In this document: positions 60,501 through 64,000 of the stretch, in pieces | Position numbering within the stretch: the stretch's first letter is position 1 | How the letters are laid out: the number at the start of each line of letters is the position of its first letter | NCBI GenBank assembly: GCA_965153355.1 | Contig: OZ231126.1 | Location: forward strand, 10,478,001-10,542,000 | Length of the DNA: 64,000 nucleotides | Origin: Flaccisagitta enflata | Taxonomy: Eukaryota | Direction: 5' to 3' | Translations under genes and position numbers: made by a program | The notes under the pieces: generated by a model | Told to the model about the DNA's origin: nothing | The model's input: only the letters and a program-made list of their open reading frames with translations | The model's database searches: none

Positions 60501-63500
60501 AAAGACAACATTTTCTAAGCTTACAGAAAATCAAGTATCCAGTATCCAGTTCCCAGTATCCAGTATCCAGTATCCAGTATCTGCGCCACCATCGTTAATG
60601 AATTAGTTTAAACCAGTAAAAAGTCATTCATTTCATTCTCTTTGATCTTACAGAAGCATAAAACAGGCCTAATTAACATGTCCGTGTCACCTAAAAGTCT
60701 TTTGTTACACCATTATATGAAATAAAAAAAGTCTTATCTAATAAGAAAGAATCAGGTATCCAGTATCCAGTATCCAGTATCCAGTATCTGCATCACCACA
60801 TACACTCAAACAATGGACTTTAGTCTGAGCTCAGATACTGTAGACTAGCATTGAGGGTCAAGGGTCGCATGTTTAAATCAAAAAGACAACATTTTCTAGG
60901 CTTACAGAGAATCAAGTATCCAGTATCCAGTATCCAGTATCCAGTATCCAGTATCTGCGCCACCATCTTTGATGAATTAGTTTAAACCAGTAAAAGGTCA
61001 TTCATTTCATTCTCTATGATCTTACTGAAGCATAAAACAGGCCTAATTAACATGTCCGTGTCACCTAAAAGTTTTTTGTCACACCATTATATGAAATAAA
61101 AAAAGTCTTATCTAATAAGAGAGAATCAGGTATCCAGTATCCAGTATCCAGTATCCAGTATCTGCATCACCACATACACTCAAACAATGGACTCTAGTCT
61201 GAGCTTAGATACTGTAGACTAGCATTAAGGGTCAAGGGTCGCATGTTTAAAACAAAAAGACAACATTTTCTAGGCTTACAGAGAATCAAGTATCCAGTAT
61301 CCAGTATCCAGTATCCAGTATCTGCGCCACCATCTTTAATGAATTAGTTTAAGCCAGTAAAAGGTCATTCATTTCATTCTCTTTGATCTTACTGAAGCAT
61401 AAAACAGGCCTAATTAACATGTCCGTGTCACCTAAAAGTTTTTTGTCACACCATTATATGAAATAAAAAAAGTCTTATCTAATAAGAGAGAATCAGGTAT
61501 CCAGTATCCAGTATCCAGTATCCAGTATCTGCATCACCACATACACTCAAACAATGGACTCTAGTCTGAGCTTAGATACTGTAGACTAGCATTAAGGGTC
61601 AAGGGTCGCATGTTTAAAACAAAAAGACAACATTTTCTAGGCTTACAGAGAATCAAGTATCCAGTATCCAGTATCCAGTATCCAGTATCCAGTATCCAGT
61701 ATCTGCGCCACCATCTTTGATGAATTAGTTTAAACCAGTAAAAGGTCATTCATTTCATTCTCTATGATCTTACTGAAGCATAAAACAGGCCTAATTAACA
61801 TGTCCGTGTCACCTAAAAGTCTTTTGTCACACCATTATATGAAATAAAAAAAGTCTTATCTAATAAGAGAGAATCAGGTATCCAGTATCCAGTATCCAGT
61901 ATCTGCATCACCACATACACTCAAACAATGGACTCTAGTCTGAGCTTAGATACTGTAGACTAGCATTAAGGGTCAAGGGTCGCATGTTTAAAACAAAAAG
62001 ACAACATTTTCTAGGCTTACAGAGAATCAAGTATCCAGTATCCAGTATCCAGTATCCAGTATCCAGTATCCAGTATCCAGTATCTGCGCCACCATCTTTA
62101 ATGAATTAGTTTAAGCCAGTAAAAGGTCATTCATTTCATTCTCTTTGATCTTACTGAAGCATAAAACAGGCCTAATTAACATGTCCGTGTCACCTAAAAG
62201 TTTTTTGTCACACCATTATATGAAATAAAAAAAGTCTTATCTAATAAGAGAGAATCAGGTATCCAGTATCCAGTATCCAGTATCTGCATCACCACATACA
62301 CTCAAACAATGGACTCTAGTCTGAGCTTAGATACTGTAGACTAGCATTAAGGGTCAAGGGTCGCATGTTTAAAACAAAAAGACAACATTTTCTAGGCTTA
62401 CAGAGAATCAAGTATCCAGTATCCAGTATCCAGTATCCAGTATCCAGTATCCAGTATCCAGTATCTGCGCCACCATCTTTAATGAATTAGTTTAAACCAG
62501 TAAAAGGTCATTCATTTCATTCTCTATGATCTTACTGAAGCATAAAACAGGCCTAATTAACATGTTTGTGTCACCTAAAAGTCTTTTGTCACATCATTAT
62601 ATGAAATAAAAAAAGTCGTATCTAATAAGAGAGAATCAGGTATCCAGTATCCAGTATCCAGTATCCAGTATCTGCATCACCACATACACTCAAACAATGG
62701 ACTCTAGTCTGAGCTTAGATACTGTAGACTAGCATTAAGGGTCAAGGGTCGCATGTTTAAAACAAAAAGACAACATTTTCTAGGCTTACAGAGAATCAAG
62801 TATCCAGTATCCAGTATCCAGTATCCAGTATCCAGTATCCAGTATCCAGTATCTGCGCCACCATCTTTAATGAATTAGTTTAAGCCAGTAAAAGGTCATT
62901 CATTTCATTCTCTTTGATCTTACTGAAGCATAAAACAGGCCTAATTAATATGTCCGTGTCACCTAAAAGTTTTTTGTCACACCATTATATGAAATAAAAA
63001 AAGTCTTATCTAATAAGAGAGAATCAGGTATCCAGTATCCAGTATCCAGTATCTGCATCACCACATACACTCAAACAATGGACTCTAGTCTGAGCTTAGA
63101 TACTGTAGACTAGCATTAAGGGTCAAGGGTCGCATGTTTAAAACAAAAAGACAACATTTTCTAGGCTTACAGAGTATCAAGTATCCTAGTATCCAGTATC
63201 CAGTATCCAGTATCCAGTATCCAGTATCTGCGCCACCATCTTTAATGAATTAGTTTAAACCAGTAAAAGGTCATTCATTTCATTCTCTATGATCTTACTG
63301 AAGCATAAAACAGGCCTAATTAACATGTTTGTGTCACCTAAAAGTCTTTTGTCACATCATTATATGAAATAAAAAAAGTCGTATCTAATAAGAGAGAATC
63401 AGGTATCCAGTATCCAGTATCCAGTATCCAGTATCTGCATCACCACATACACTGAAACAATGGACTCTAGTCTGAGCTTAGATACTGTAGACTAGCATTA

Positions 63501-64000
63501 AGGGTCAAGGGTCGCATGTTTAAAACAAAAAGACAACATTTTCTAGGCTTACAGAGAATCAAGTATCCAGTATCCAGTATCCAGTATCCAGTATCCAGTA
63601 TCCAGTATCTGCGCCACCATCTTTAATGAATTAGTTTAAGCCAGTGAAAGGTCATTCATTTCATTCTCTTTGATCTTACTGAAGCATAAAACAGGCCTAA
63701 TTAACATGTCCGTGTCACCTAAAAGTTTTTTGTCACACCATTATATGAAATAAAAAAAGTCTTATCTAATAAGAAAGAATCAGGTATCCAGTATCCAGTA
63801 TCTATCATCCAGTATCTGCATCACCACATACACTCAAACAATGGACTCTAGTCTGAGCTTAGATACTGTAGACTAGCATTAAGGGTCAAGGGTCGCATGT
63901 TTAAAACAAAAAGACAACATTTTCTAGGCTTACAGAGAATCAAGTATCCAGTATCCAGTATCCAGTATCCAGTATCTGCGCCACCATCTTTGATGAATTA
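42566..64000. repeat. Satellite DNA, ~370-bp monomer (about 58 copies, runs off the window) with two variable (GTATCCA)n tracts per monomer
   Basis: Directly visible head-to-tail repeats. Adjacent repeated ORFs at 52959/53340 and 59268/59649 are 381 bp apart. Length varies mostly in 7-bp steps. Confidence 0.98.

Noticed and set aside
42566-64000. Repeat/spacer alternation resembling a CRISPR array; repeated 62-aa ORFs (WILDTGY)n
   Set aside because: The spacers are identical between units, there are no cas genes and the context is eukaryotic. The ORFs are by-products of the 7-mer tract length.

Overview
Intron-rich, repeat-dense eukaryotic (invertebrate-like) genomic DNA in three blocks. (1) ~1.2-11.7 kb: a minus-strand CIP2A (KIAA1524) orthologue with 7 coding exons and one apparent +1 frameshift. 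Its introns and upstream flank hold MITEs (4-, 8- and 9-bp TSDs), DINE-1/HINE-like Helentron derivatives and minisatellites. (2) 22,814-40,970: a young, full-length, unusually large (~18.2 kb) Ty3/Gypsy LTR retrotransposon on the minus strand, with ~99% identical TG..CA LTRs, a GTAC TSD, a tRNA-Gly PBS, gag, a -1 frameshifted pol (PR-RT-RH-IN) and an in-frame stop in the integrase tail. Where env would sit it carries two cargo genes: a 1007-aa protein with a DEDDy 3'-5' exonuclease domain plus a possible second degenerate one (MUT-7/Nibbler/EXD-like), and a ~435-aa F-box protein. This cassette is the most interesting signal here and may be a counter-silencing module (inference). (3) 42.56-64 kb: a ~370-bp satellite array with internal (GTATCCA)n tracts, preceded by a CR1/L2-type LINE fragment. 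Protein assignments are by motif recognition only; no searches were run.
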